From the NCBI GenBank assembly GCA_000004985.1, contig GG739018.1: 38,160 nt of DNA; one strand, 5' to 3'. Below are positions 1 to 8,691 of this stretch, piece by piece (the stretch's first letter is position 1; the number at the start of each line of letters is the position of its first letter). This DNA comes from Naegleria gruberi. Lineage: Eukaryota. The position numbers and the translations under genes are program-made. The notes below the pieces were generated by a model. That model worked only from the letters and a program-made list of their open reading frames with translations. It searched no databases and was not told where the DNA came from.

Positions 1-78
1 TCCCACCACCANTCAATCCAATTCCAAGAGAGCAATAATTTTTACTTTAGAATAAATTAATTTACTGTTTTTTTTGAA

Positions 79-1150
79 TTAGTGGTATAATTTAAACACC
101 ATGTCAGAATATCCATTCTCAGCATCAACAAGATCCAAAAGGTGTCTTCTGAATAAATATTCAGACGACATGTAAATGTTTGGCATAATTGTGTTAGATG
201 AATCAATAGTTGTTATGTAAAAGAAGGTATGCTGGAAACCAGGTGCGGCAGCAAACATTTCACCAGGTTTCAATATTGATGGATCCAACAATACTTTGTG
301 TGGAGATTTAACCAATTGATAAACTTCTCCAATACCAGATTGACCACATGAATTAAATCCCATTGAATACATATTACTATCTGTGCAATTTAGGAATAGT
401 GTCTTTATGCCAAGATAAATGTTTGTAATGCTAACACCTGGAGGCAAACCAAAACTAATCAACCCCACAGAGTTATCATTCGTAACGTCTGTGACAGAAG
501 TAAAAGAAAAACCAGCACCATAAAATCTATTAAGGGAAGTTCTGTACAGCTCAAAGTAATCAGAATCAAATACATCCTGTACTATTTCATCTTTCTTGAG
601 CGGTAGTGTTAGTCGAGCAAATACTTTTTCTCTCTGTCTGAAAATATGCCCCTTTTCTTTTTGAATTAATTGTGATACTTGTTAATATAATTAATCTCTT
701 TTTGGTTCCTGCTATTTTCTCAATAATGTCAGTTGTAAACAATTCAGTTTTCAATTTGTAAAGTGCATTATTCTTGGTAAAGCACTTTTTAACATATTTG
801 GGATCAAATACACGATGATTAGCAATGAAAATTCTGGAATTTCTCGTTAGGAATGCACTCCAAGAACCCCCTTGAAACATATCCTGTCCAATTAAAACCT
901 GTTTAAAAGGTAATTTAAACAAACTTCGACGAGTATTAAAAACATCCAATGGAACAATCCTATGGAAATGAAAATCATTATCAATACCCATCTCATAACT
1001 CATATTATACCCAATTCCATACAATTCTCCTCTGTCGTTCTCGAAAATATTTGTCGAATATCCCAAAACACAATTTACAATCACCATGCCTGATAATTCT
1101 CTAATAAGGGTTGGTTTTACAGCAAAGCTTGCACTTCCAATTCCAAGTTG
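79..1150 (-). CDS. Hypothetical protein, 3' portion; the 5' end runs into the N block. The coding sequence is split into two overlapping frames: 1150..587 (ATG at 1087, open upstream to the N block, TGA at 589-587) and 681..79 (TAA at 81-79). The second frame is +1 relative to the first and has no ATG for ~150 codons.
   Basis: Minus-strand translation was done by hand. Frame 1 reads ...QLGIGSASFAVKPTLIRELSGMVIVNCVLGYSTNIFENDRGELYGIGYNMSYEMGIDNDFHFHRIVPLDVF...TKKRLIILTSITINSKRKGAYFQTERKSICSTNTTAQER*. The +1 frame opens after TAA 684-682 and reads QVSQLIQKEKGHIFRQREKVFARLTLPLKKDEIVQDVFDSDYFELYRTSLNRFYGAGFSFTSVTDVTNDNSVGLISFGLPPG...MVFKLYH*. Both parts look like protein, with no low-complexity or antisense signature. 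The ORF-track entry 79..468 starts at a GTG, not an ATG. Confidence 0.5.
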
Positions 1151-1151
1151 A

Positions 1152-1396
1152 NNNNNNNNNNNNNNNNNNNNNNNNNNNNNNNNNNNNNNNNNNNNNNNNN
1201 NNNNNNNNNNNNNNNNNNNNNNNNNNNNNNNNNNNNNNNNNNNNNNNNNNNNNNNNNNNNNNNNNNNNNNNNNNNNNNNNNNNNNNNNNNNNNNNNNNNN
1301 NNNNNNNNNNNNNNNNNNNNNNNNNNNNNNNNNNNNNNNNNNNNNNNNNNNNNNNNNNNNNNNNNNNNNNNNNNNNNNNNNNNNNNNNNNNNNNNN
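1152..1396. other. Run of 245 N (masked sequence or assembly gap); content unknown
   Basis: Contiguous n characters in the supplied sequence. The length is not a multiple of 3. Confidence 1.
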
Positions 1397-1743
1397 CGTA
1401 GAGTTTGGATCTTGAGGTGAATTTCTATTAACTCATTCAATTTTACATTCTTTTCCATTAATTTTTCAACATCTTCCTTACTCAATGTTTCCTTTTCAAT
1501 TAGTTCATTAATTGGTTTTCTTACATTGAGTGAAAATATCTCTAGTCCTCTTTCATTCAAGTCCTTGTTGAGCTCCTCCATGAAATTATTATCAATGTTT
1601 GTGAATTTCTCCACAACTTTCTCAATTAATTCTTCCATTTCCTTTCGATCTAAGACTTTCTTTTCATCTTTATCCAATAACCTTTCAGATATTTCCAAAA
1701 ATCCTTTCCTATTCTTTTCATAATCCACAATACTAACTTTCAT
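1397..1743 (-). CDS. E/K-rich coiled-coil protein, N-terminal part (first ATG at 1743-1741; the C-terminal part disappears into the N block at 1396)
   Basis: Minus ORF MKVSIVDYEKNRKGFLEISERLLDKDEKKVLDRKEMEELIEKVVEKFTNIDNNFMEELNKDLNERGLEIFSLNVRKPINELIEKETLSKEDVEKLMEKNVKLNELIEIHLKIQTL... The opposite strand reads as a S/F-rich antisense artefact. The same frame is open for a further 67 codons upstream (1944..1744: FGNSLKRIRDGKIIVSRRGIVWPFQSSRIIKLDQPLLKVCVANNINNNNIGGLIKFDWNEREFPIER) with no ATG. The M at 1851 in the ORF track is really a TTG. Several rare codons (AGG, CGA, CTC, CTA) lower confidence. Confidence 0.4.
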
Positions 1744-1927
1744 TCTCTCAATCGGAAATTCTCTTTCATTCCAATCAAACTTTATTAATCCACCAATATT
1801 ATTATTATTAATATTATTAGCAACACATACTTTCAATAGAGGTTGATCCAATTTAATAATTCGTGATGATTGAAAGGGCCAAACAATTCCCCTCCTACTA
1901 ACAATTATTTTACCATCCCTAATTCTC

Positions 1928-2077
1928 TTAAGAGAATTCCCGAATTAAATATTCTGCCTCTGAATTACAAACTCTGAATCGGGATATTATTAGAGAAGCC
2001 ATCACAGAGGAGCTGACTATTATTGCACCCAATTTGAATCCAAAAGAAGGTTGTGGTTTAGCATCACTTTGATTCAT
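1928..2077 (-). CDS. 49-aa ATG-initiated ORF predicted to encode a single-TM micro-protein (MNQSDAKPQPSFGFKLGAIIVSSSVMASLIISRFRVCNSEAEYLIREFS). Alternatively it is the true first coding segment of the coiled-coil gene, in the +1 frame.
   Basis: ATG at 2077-2075 (plus-strand cat at 2075-2077) and TAA at 1930-1928. Hydrophobic 21-residue core GFKLGAIIVSSSVMASLIIS. The ORF ends 14 nt inside the start of the open frame of the downstream coiled-coil ORF. Confidence 0.2.
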   Translation of the reverse strand: MNQSDAKPQPSFGFKLGAIIVSSSVMASLIISRFRVCNSEAEYLIREFS

Positions 2078-2135
2078 TTTTTTGTAAGAAACTAATGTTT
2101 ATTGCAAGAAACATTTACATGAAATTTAAGTGAAT

Positions 2136-3405
2136 CTAATTTCTTTTGAAAAAGAAGAGAAAGTTAGCATAAAATCCACCAGTATCGAATTGGGGTGCAT
2201 AAATTGTTTCTGTTTCAGAAATATCGTCAATTTCTGTTATTTCTTCCTGTTTAGAACCAACATTAGCTTGGTAGAATATTTTGTAAGCTAGTTTAATTTC
2301 CTCATTGGCGAGATCGTTTTGAAAGGTGAGATCCCACCAAAAAGCTGAGCTCCTGGAAGCACATGAAACATCAATACGAACCTTGCCATCAAATAAATTA
2401 AAATCCTTAACATGGTTAAAATTGTTAATAACTATTATAAAATTTCTCACTTACCTCACCTGAGTCTTCTTCTGCTCCCATAGAAATATAAACAGTATCA
2501 GCACAACGATAGTGTTTGCGTTTGCATGGATTTTCTTTTGGCTGTTTCAATTCCAATAATTTGAACATTGTTGGGTCAATGTTCTCAGATTGGTTTGGTA
2601 ATAAGTATTTGGATTCCTTTCTCATTTTTTTGATGCAATCTGAAAATGGTTGTAGCATTTCTTTTGTAATCACAAACCCTTTGTTATTTTGTGTTAAATG
2701 ACGTTGTAAAAGGTTAACTTTGATAAATAGAGGAACCAATTGTTGTTGGCAAATATATGAGATTAGTTCATTCGAATATCCTTTCACTTCTTCGCCGTAA
2801 TTATTTTTAAATCGATTAGTTAATTTGAAAATTAGATCAACAATCTCATGCTCAGTCAACTCTCCTTTCAATGAGTACTTGATTGGGAAATATTTAAGTG
2901 AAAATTGAATTCCATCAAGTATCTTTGTGATAAGAGAGGGAATATCCAAATATTTGGCCATGTCAATAATTCTTTTCAAGGTTGAAGTACCCATATAACA
3001 ATTAAAATCATCACAATACAAATATCGGAAAATGATTTCAAAATCTTTTTTTTTCAAAGGTTCTCCCTCTGTTGAAATAGAGCCTTCAACACTTGTCAAA
3101 TCAATATTGAATTTATCATCAACTTTTCCCAATTTCCACTGTTCATTCGAATCAATCATGGTTCTAAATAAGCCACTTCTCTTGACTGCAAATTCATGAA
3201 CATTAAAATCTTTAAACGAAGTCTTTACAATAACATTCGGAGGAACAATAACAGTGTTATTATTATTATTATTTGCTCCTTCTTCATTCTCTCCATTACA
3301 ACTATCATACAAACTCGATAAGTGATCATAAAGATTCATCTCTTGTGGTTCTCTTGCTTCCTCAAGATCCTTGTCTTGATCAATTGTGCGGCTTCTCTTG
3401 CCCAT
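2136..3405 (-). CDS. BTB/POZ-domain protein. Proposed structure: exon 1 3405..2455, intron 2454..2406, exon 2 2405..2136 (406 aa spliced). The unspliced alternative ends at TAA 2427-2425 (326 aa).
   Basis: ATG at 3405-3403 sits in an A-rich context (GAAAAAAAAAATGGGC). A BTB-like fold signature is present: NVIVKTSFKDFNVHEFAVKRSGLFRTMI...DFEIIFRYLYCDDFNC...LKRIIDMAKYLDIPSL. A poly-Asn tract is encoded by (TTA)5 at 3257-3273. Exon 1 ends on a complete codon GAG, immediately followed by GTAAGT. The downstream 104-codon ORF (DFNLFDGKVRIDVSCASRSSAFWWDLTFQNDLANEEIKLAYKIFYQANVGSKQEEITEIDDISETETIYAPQFDTGGFYANFLFFFKRN*) is in frame after the first AG. Confidence 0.55.
2406..2454 (-). other. Putative 49-nt spliceosomal intron: 5' splice site GTAAGT (2454-2449), branch-like TATTAAC (2430-2424), 3' splice site TTAAG (AG at 2407-2406)
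   Basis: Minus strand reads GGT GAG|GTAAGTGAGAAATTTTATAATAGTTATTAACAATTTTAACCATGTTAAG|GAT TTT AAT. Removing it joins two long ORFs in frame. A second in-frame AG 24 nt further on (GGCAAG|GTT) is an alternative acceptor. Confidence 0.4.
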
Positions 3406-3582
3406 TTTTTTTTCTTGTTTTTATTTGAAAATCATCTTTACAATTTCCATAAAATTATTTCTCACTTGCCCATTCATTTTTTTTGTTCAGGATCCAAAAA
3501 TTAGAAGAATCATCTACGGTAAGTTTGGCGCCAAAACAAAGATTGTCTTTTTCGAAAAATCAAGTCGTTATTCAATAAAAAA
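3406..3582. promoter_or_regulatory. 177-bp divergent intergenic region between the BTB gene (minus) and the 3583 gene (plus); T- and A-rich
   Basis: Lies between two outward-facing ATGs. Homopolymer T10 at 3406-3415 and A-rich sequence before both starts. Confidence 0.4.
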
Positions 3583-3854
3583 ATGAGTAAGGAAGAATTG
3601 CCGTTAGATATTGAGGACAGCTATTATCAACATCAGCCAATTTTACAAGACTTTTCATATTTTGGATATTATCCACCAAAACATATAGTAGATGCTCAAC
3701 AAGCAGTCAAATCAAAATTGATAAGGTCTGCCAAGAAAGAGGCAGCTGCATCTTCATCAGGAAAAAGTACTCTCCGATATAAAAAGTTGCAAGAACAAGC
3801 TAAAAAGACAAAGGAAACTATAAAGAATGAACGAGAGAATGATATAATGCACAT
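3583..3854 (+). CDS. Hypothetical protein, N-terminal 90 codons only (the rest is in the N block); basic and K/E-rich after residue 40
   Basis: ATG at 3583 in the context AAAAAAATGAGT. Reads MSKEELPLDIEDSYYQHQPILQDFSYFGYYPPKHIVDAQQAVKSKLIRSAKKEAAASSSGKSTLRYKKLQEQAKKTKETIKNERENDIMH, then N. Preferred yeast codons are used. Confidence 0.45.
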
Positions 3855-6800
3855 NNNNNNNNNNNNNNNNNNNNNNNNNNNNNNNNNNNNNNNNNNNNNN
3901 NNNNNNNNNNNNNNNNNNNNNNNNNNNNNNNNNNNNNNNNNNNNNNNNNNNNNNNNNNNNNNNNNNNNNNNNNNNNNNNNNNNNNNNNNNNNNNNNNNNN
4001 NNNNNNNNNNNNNNNNNNNNNNNNNNNNNNNNNNNNNNNNNNNNNNNNNNNNNNNNNNNNNNNNNNNNNNNNNNNNNNNNNNNNNNNNNNNNNNNNNNNN
4101 NNNNNNNNNNNNNNNNNNNNNNNNNNNNNNNNNNNNNNNNNNNNNNNNNNNNNNNNNNNNNNNNNNNNNNNNNNNNNNNNNNNNNNNNNNNNNNNNNNNN
4201 NNNNNNNNNNNNNNNNNNNNNNNNNNNNNNNNNNNNNNNNNNNNNNNNNNNNNNNNNNNNNNNNNNNNNNNNNNNNNNNNNNNNNNNNNNNNNNNNNNNN
4301 NNNNNNNNNNNNNNNNNNNNNNNNNNNNNNNNNNNNNNNNNNNNNNNNNNNNNNNNNNNNNNNNNNNNNNNNNNNNNNNNNNNNNNNNNNNNNNNNNNNN
4401 NNNNNNNNNNNNNNNNNNNNNNNNNNNNNNNNNNNNNNNNNNNNNNNNNNNNNNNNNNNNNNNNNNNNNNNNNNNNNNNNNNNNNNNNNNNNNNNNNNNN
4501 NNNNNNNNNNNNNNNNNNNNNNNNNNNNNNNNNNNNNNNNNNNNNNNNNNNNNNNNNNNNNNNNNNNNNNNNNNNNNNNNNNNNNNNNNNNNNNNNNNNN
4601 NNNNNNNNNNNNNNNNNNNNNNNNNNNNNNNNNNNNNNNNNNNNNNNNNNNNNNNNNNNNNNNNNNNNNNNNNNNNNNNNNNNNNNNNNNNNNNNNNNNN
4701 NNNNNNNNNNNNNNNNNNNNNNNNNNNNNNNNNNNNNNNNNNNNNNNNNNNNNNNNNNNNNNNNNNNNNNNNNNNNNNNNNNNNNNNNNNNNNNNNNNNN
4801 NNNNNNNNNNNNNNNNNNNNNNNNNNNNNNNNNNNNNNNNNNNNNNNNNNNNNNNNNNNNNNNNNNNNNNNNNNNNNNNNNNNNNNNNNNNNNNNNNNNN
4901 NNNNNNNNNNNNNNNNNNNNNNNNNNNNNNNNNNNNNNNNNNNNNNNNNNNNNNNNNNNNNNNNNNNNNNNNNNNNNNNNNNNNNNNNNNNNNNNNNNNN
5001 NNNNNNNNNNNNNNNNNNNNNNNNNNNNNNNNNNNNNNNNNNNNNNNNNNNNNNNNNNNNNNNNNNNNNNNNNNNNNNNNNNNNNNNNNNNNNNNNNNNN
5101 NNNNNNNNNNNNNNNNNNNNNNNNNNNNNNNNNNNNNNNNNNNNNNNNNNNNNNNNNNNNNNNNNNNNNNNNNNNNNNNNNNNNNNNNNNNNNNNNNNNN
5201 NNNNNNNNNNNNNNNNNNNNNNNNNNNNNNNNNNNNNNNNNNNNNNNNNNNNNNNNNNNNNNNNNNNNNNNNNNNNNNNNNNNNNNNNNNNNNNNNNNNN
5301 NNNNNNNNNNNNNNNNNNNNNNNNNNNNNNNNNNNNNNNNNNNNNNNNNNNNNNNNNNNNNNNNNNNNNNNNNNNNNNNNNNNNNNNNNNNNNNNNNNNN
5401 NNNNNNNNNNNNNNNNNNNNNNNNNNNNNNNNNNNNNNNNNNNNNNNNNNNNNNNNNNNNNNNNNNNNNNNNNNNNNNNNNNNNNNNNNNNNNNNNNNNN
5501 NNNNNNNNNNNNNNNNNNNNNNNNNNNNNNNNNNNNNNNNNNNNNNNNNNNNNNNNNNNNNNNNNNNNNNNNNNNNNNNNNNNNNNNNNNNNNNNNNNNN
5601 NNNNNNNNNNNNNNNNNNNNNNNNNNNNNNNNNNNNNNNNNNNNNNNNNNNNNNNNNNNNNNNNNNNNNNNNNNNNNNNNNNNNNNNNNNNNNNNNNNNN
5701 NNNNNNNNNNNNNNNNNNNNNNNNNNNNNNNNNNNNNNNNNNNNNNNNNNNNNNNNNNNNNNNNNNNNNNNNNNNNNNNNNNNNNNNNNNNNNNNNNNNN
5801 NNNNNNNNNNNNNNNNNNNNNNNNNNNNNNNNNNNNNNNNNNNNNNNNNNNNNNNNNNNNNNNNNNNNNNNNNNNNNNNNNNNNNNNNNNNNNNNNNNNN
5901 NNNNNNNNNNNNNNNNNNNNNNNNNNNNNNNNNNNNNNNNNNNNNNNNNNNNNNNNNNNNNNNNNNNNNNNNNNNNNNNNNNNNNNNNNNNNNNNNNNNN
6001 NNNNNNNNNNNNNNNNNNNNNNNNNNNNNNNNNNNNNNNNNNNNNNNNNNNNNNNNNNNNNNNNNNNNNNNNNNNNNNNNNNNNNNNNNNNNNNNNNNNN
6101 NNNNNNNNNNNNNNNNNNNNNNNNNNNNNNNNNNNNNNNNNNNNNNNNNNNNNNNNNNNNNNNNNNNNNNNNNNNNNNNNNNNNNNNNNNNNNNNNNNNN
6201 NNNNNNNNNNNNNNNNNNNNNNNNNNNNNNNNNNNNNNNNNNNNNNNNNNNNNNNNNNNNNNNNNNNNNNNNNNNNNNNNNNNNNNNNNNNNNNNNNNNN
6301 NNNNNNNNNNNNNNNNNNNNNNNNNNNNNNNNNNNNNNNNNNNNNNNNNNNNNNNNNNNNNNNNNNNNNNNNNNNNNNNNNNNNNNNNNNNNNNNNNNNN
6401 NNNNNNNNNNNNNNNNNNNNNNNNNNNNNNNNNNNNNNNNNNNNNNNNNNNNNNNNNNNNNNNNNNNNNNNNNNNNNNNNNNNNNNNNNNNNNNNNNNNN
6501 NNNNNNNNNNNNNNNNNNNNNNNNNNNNNNNNNNNNNNNNNNNNNNNNNNNNNNNNNNNNNNNNNNNNNNNNNNNNNNNNNNNNNNNNNNNNNNNNNNNN
6601 NNNNNNNNNNNNNNNNNNNNNNNNNNNNNNNNNNNNNNNNNNNNNNNNNNNNNNNNNNNNNNNNNNNNNNNNNNNNNNNNNNNNNNNNNNNNNNNNNNNN
6701 NNNNNNNNNNNNNNNNNNNNNNNNNNNNNNNNNNNNNNNNNNNNNNNNNNNNNNNNNNNNNNNNNNNNNNNNNNNNNNNNNNNNNNNNNNNNNNNNNNNN

Positions 6801-7989
6801 NNNNNNNNNNNNNNNNNNNNNNNNNNNNNNNNNNNNNNNNNNNNNNNNNNNNNNNNNNNNNNNNNNNNNNNNNNNNNNNNNNNNNNNNNNNNNNNNNNNN
6901 NNNNNNNNNNNNNNNNNNNNNNNNNNNNNNNNNNNNNNNNNNNNNNNNNNNNNNNNNNNNNNNNNNNNNNNNNNNNNNNNNNNNNNNNNNNNNNNNNNNN
7001 NNNNNNNNNNNNNNNNNNNNNNNNNNNNNNNNNNNNNNNNNNNNNNNNNNNNNNNNNNNNNNNNNNNNNNNNNNNNNNNNNNNNNNNNNNNNNNNNNNNN
7101 NNNNNNNNNNNNNNNNNNNNNNNNNNNNNNNNNNNNNNNNNNNNNNNNNNNNNNNNNNNNNNNNNNNNNNNNNNNNNNNNNNNNNNNNNNNNNNNNNNNN
7201 NNNNNNNNNNNNNNNNNNNNNNNNNNNNNNNNNNNNNNNNNNNNNNNNNNNNNNNNNNNNNNNNNNNNNNNNNNNNNNNNNNNNNNNNNNNNNNNNNNNN
7301 NNNNNNNNNNNNNNNNNNNNNNNNNNNNNNNNNNNNNNNNNNNNNNNNNNNNNNNNNNNNNNNNNNNNNNNNNNNNNNNNNNNNNNNNNNNNNNNNNNNN
7401 NNNNNNNNNNNNNNNNNNNNNNNNNNNNNNNNNNNNNNNNNNNNNNNNNNNNNNNNNNNNNNNNNNNNNNNNNNNNNNNNNNNNNNNNNNNNNNNNNNNN
7501 NNNNNNNNNNNNNNNNNNNNNNNNNNNNNNNNNNNNNNNNNNNNNNNNNNNNNNNNNNNNNNNNNNNNNNNNNNNNNNNNNNNNNNNNNNNNNNNNNNNN
7601 NNNNNNNNNNNNNNNNNNNNNNNNNNNNNNNNNNNNNNNNNNNNNNNNNNNNNNNNNNNNNNNNNNNNNNNNNNNNNNNNNNNNNNNNNNNNNNNNNNNN
7701 NNNNNNNNNNNNNNNNNNNNNNNNNNNNNNNNNNNNNNNNNNNNNNNNNNNNNNNNNNNNNNNNNNNNNNNNNNNNNNNNNNNNNNNNNNNNNNNNNNNN
7801 NNNNNNNNNNNNNNNNNNNNNNNNNNNNNNNNNNNNNNNNNNNNNNNNNNNNNNNNNNNNNNNNNNNNNNNNNNNNNNNNNNNNNNNNNNNNNNNNNNNN
7901 NNNNNNNNNNNNNNNNNNNNNNNNNNNNNNNNNNNNNNNNNNNNNNNNNNNNNNNNNNNNNNNNNNNNNNNNNNNNNNNNNNNNNNNNN
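3855..7989. other. Run of 4,135 N (masked sequence or gap). It hides the bodies and 3' ends of the two convergent genes that start at 3583 (plus) and 8267 (minus).
   Basis: Contiguous n characters. Confidence 1.
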
Positions 7990-8267
7990 GCATGAATTAT
8001 TGGAAAATTTTCATTTCTTATCCTTGTAATGTATTCTCTAGAAAGTGAAAGAAGAGAATGGTTATCATCGGAATCTTCTTGACGATTCAAAAGTGCTTGA
8101 CTGTTAGTTTCCATCTTTTTCTGATTCAAATATTGTTGCCACATTGATTGTTTCTCCTCTTCACTAACATTATTCAAAGACGCTTGTTGTTGTTGATTCT
8201 TCATGATTGTTCTTTTAGTAATGTAAATTCCAGCAGAAAGTCCGAGTACGAAACCAAACATGCCCAT
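7990..8267 (-). CDS. Hypothetical membrane-anchored protein, N-terminal 92 codons (N-terminal hydrophobic helix with GxxxGxxxG, then a Q/N/E-rich region); the remainder is in the N block
   Basis: ATG at 8267-8265. Reads MGMFGFVLGLSAGIYITKRTIMKNQQQQASLNNVSEEEKQSMWQQYLNQKKMETNSQALLNRQEDSDDNHSLLSLSREYITRIRNENFPIIH... It is divergent from CWC15. Confidence 0.45.
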
Positions 8268-8691
8268 TTTGATTGTTGTATTATTATTGAATTATAAATG
8301 TTAAATGATTGCTTTTTAACCTCAGTGTTTTATACTGCTAGTCGGTTGTTGTGTTTTTTTCTTATTGTACTTCTTCACAAAGGAGAGAAAGCTTTTATTG
8401 TGGAATTGTTGAGGATGAAATTTTGATTGGGTTTGTTATCGGAATAGGCTTCTCGGTTTTGGCGTCATCTGGATGATTAATATCGCAACAATCTACGCGT
8501 GCATATTATCGATTTCAAATTGATTGAGAGTACTCTGCCAAGGATAGCCAAAATGATAAAATTGTCTAATCCAAATGTTAATAAGATGACTATTGATGAT
8601 ATTGCTACAATGTTTAAAAAATTGAAAATATTGTTGAAGAAGAATATATTATTGACAAATGTATTATTAGAAAACAAGCATCAAATAAAAA
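8268..8691. promoter_or_regulatory. 424-bp divergent promoter region between the 8267 gene (minus) and CWC15 (plus). It contains one ACGCGT (MluI/MCB-like) hexamer at 8495-8500.
   Basis: Flanked by outward-facing ATGs. The small ORFs 8477..8677 (minus) and 8499..8714 (plus) in the track overlap each other and the CWC15 start, and are regarded as spurious. Confidence 0.4.

Noticed and set aside
590-640. Tiny intron (GTATTT...GACTAAC...AAAG, 34 nt) as an alternative explanation for the frame change in the 79-1150 gene
   Set aside because: Removing it does restore the frame. But 34 nt is below any plausible yeast intron length, the 5' splice site GTATTT lacks the conserved G5, and the branch-to-5' splice site spacing is 10 nt.
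1829-1834. GTATGT (minus strand) just downstream of the apparent start of the coiled-coil ORF, as a 5' splice site
   Set aside because: No TACTAAC-like branch site was found on the minus strand anywhere downstream in 1397-1851, and the hexamer reads in frame as Val-Cys.
1731-1902. Three plus-strand TACTAAC heptamers (1731-1737, 1896-1902, 37431-37437), suggesting plus-strand introns
   Set aside because: No upstream GTATGT or GTAAGT donors and no plus-strand ORFs flank them. The first two lie inside or upstream of minus-strand coding sequence and are most likely chance occurrences in AT-rich DNA.
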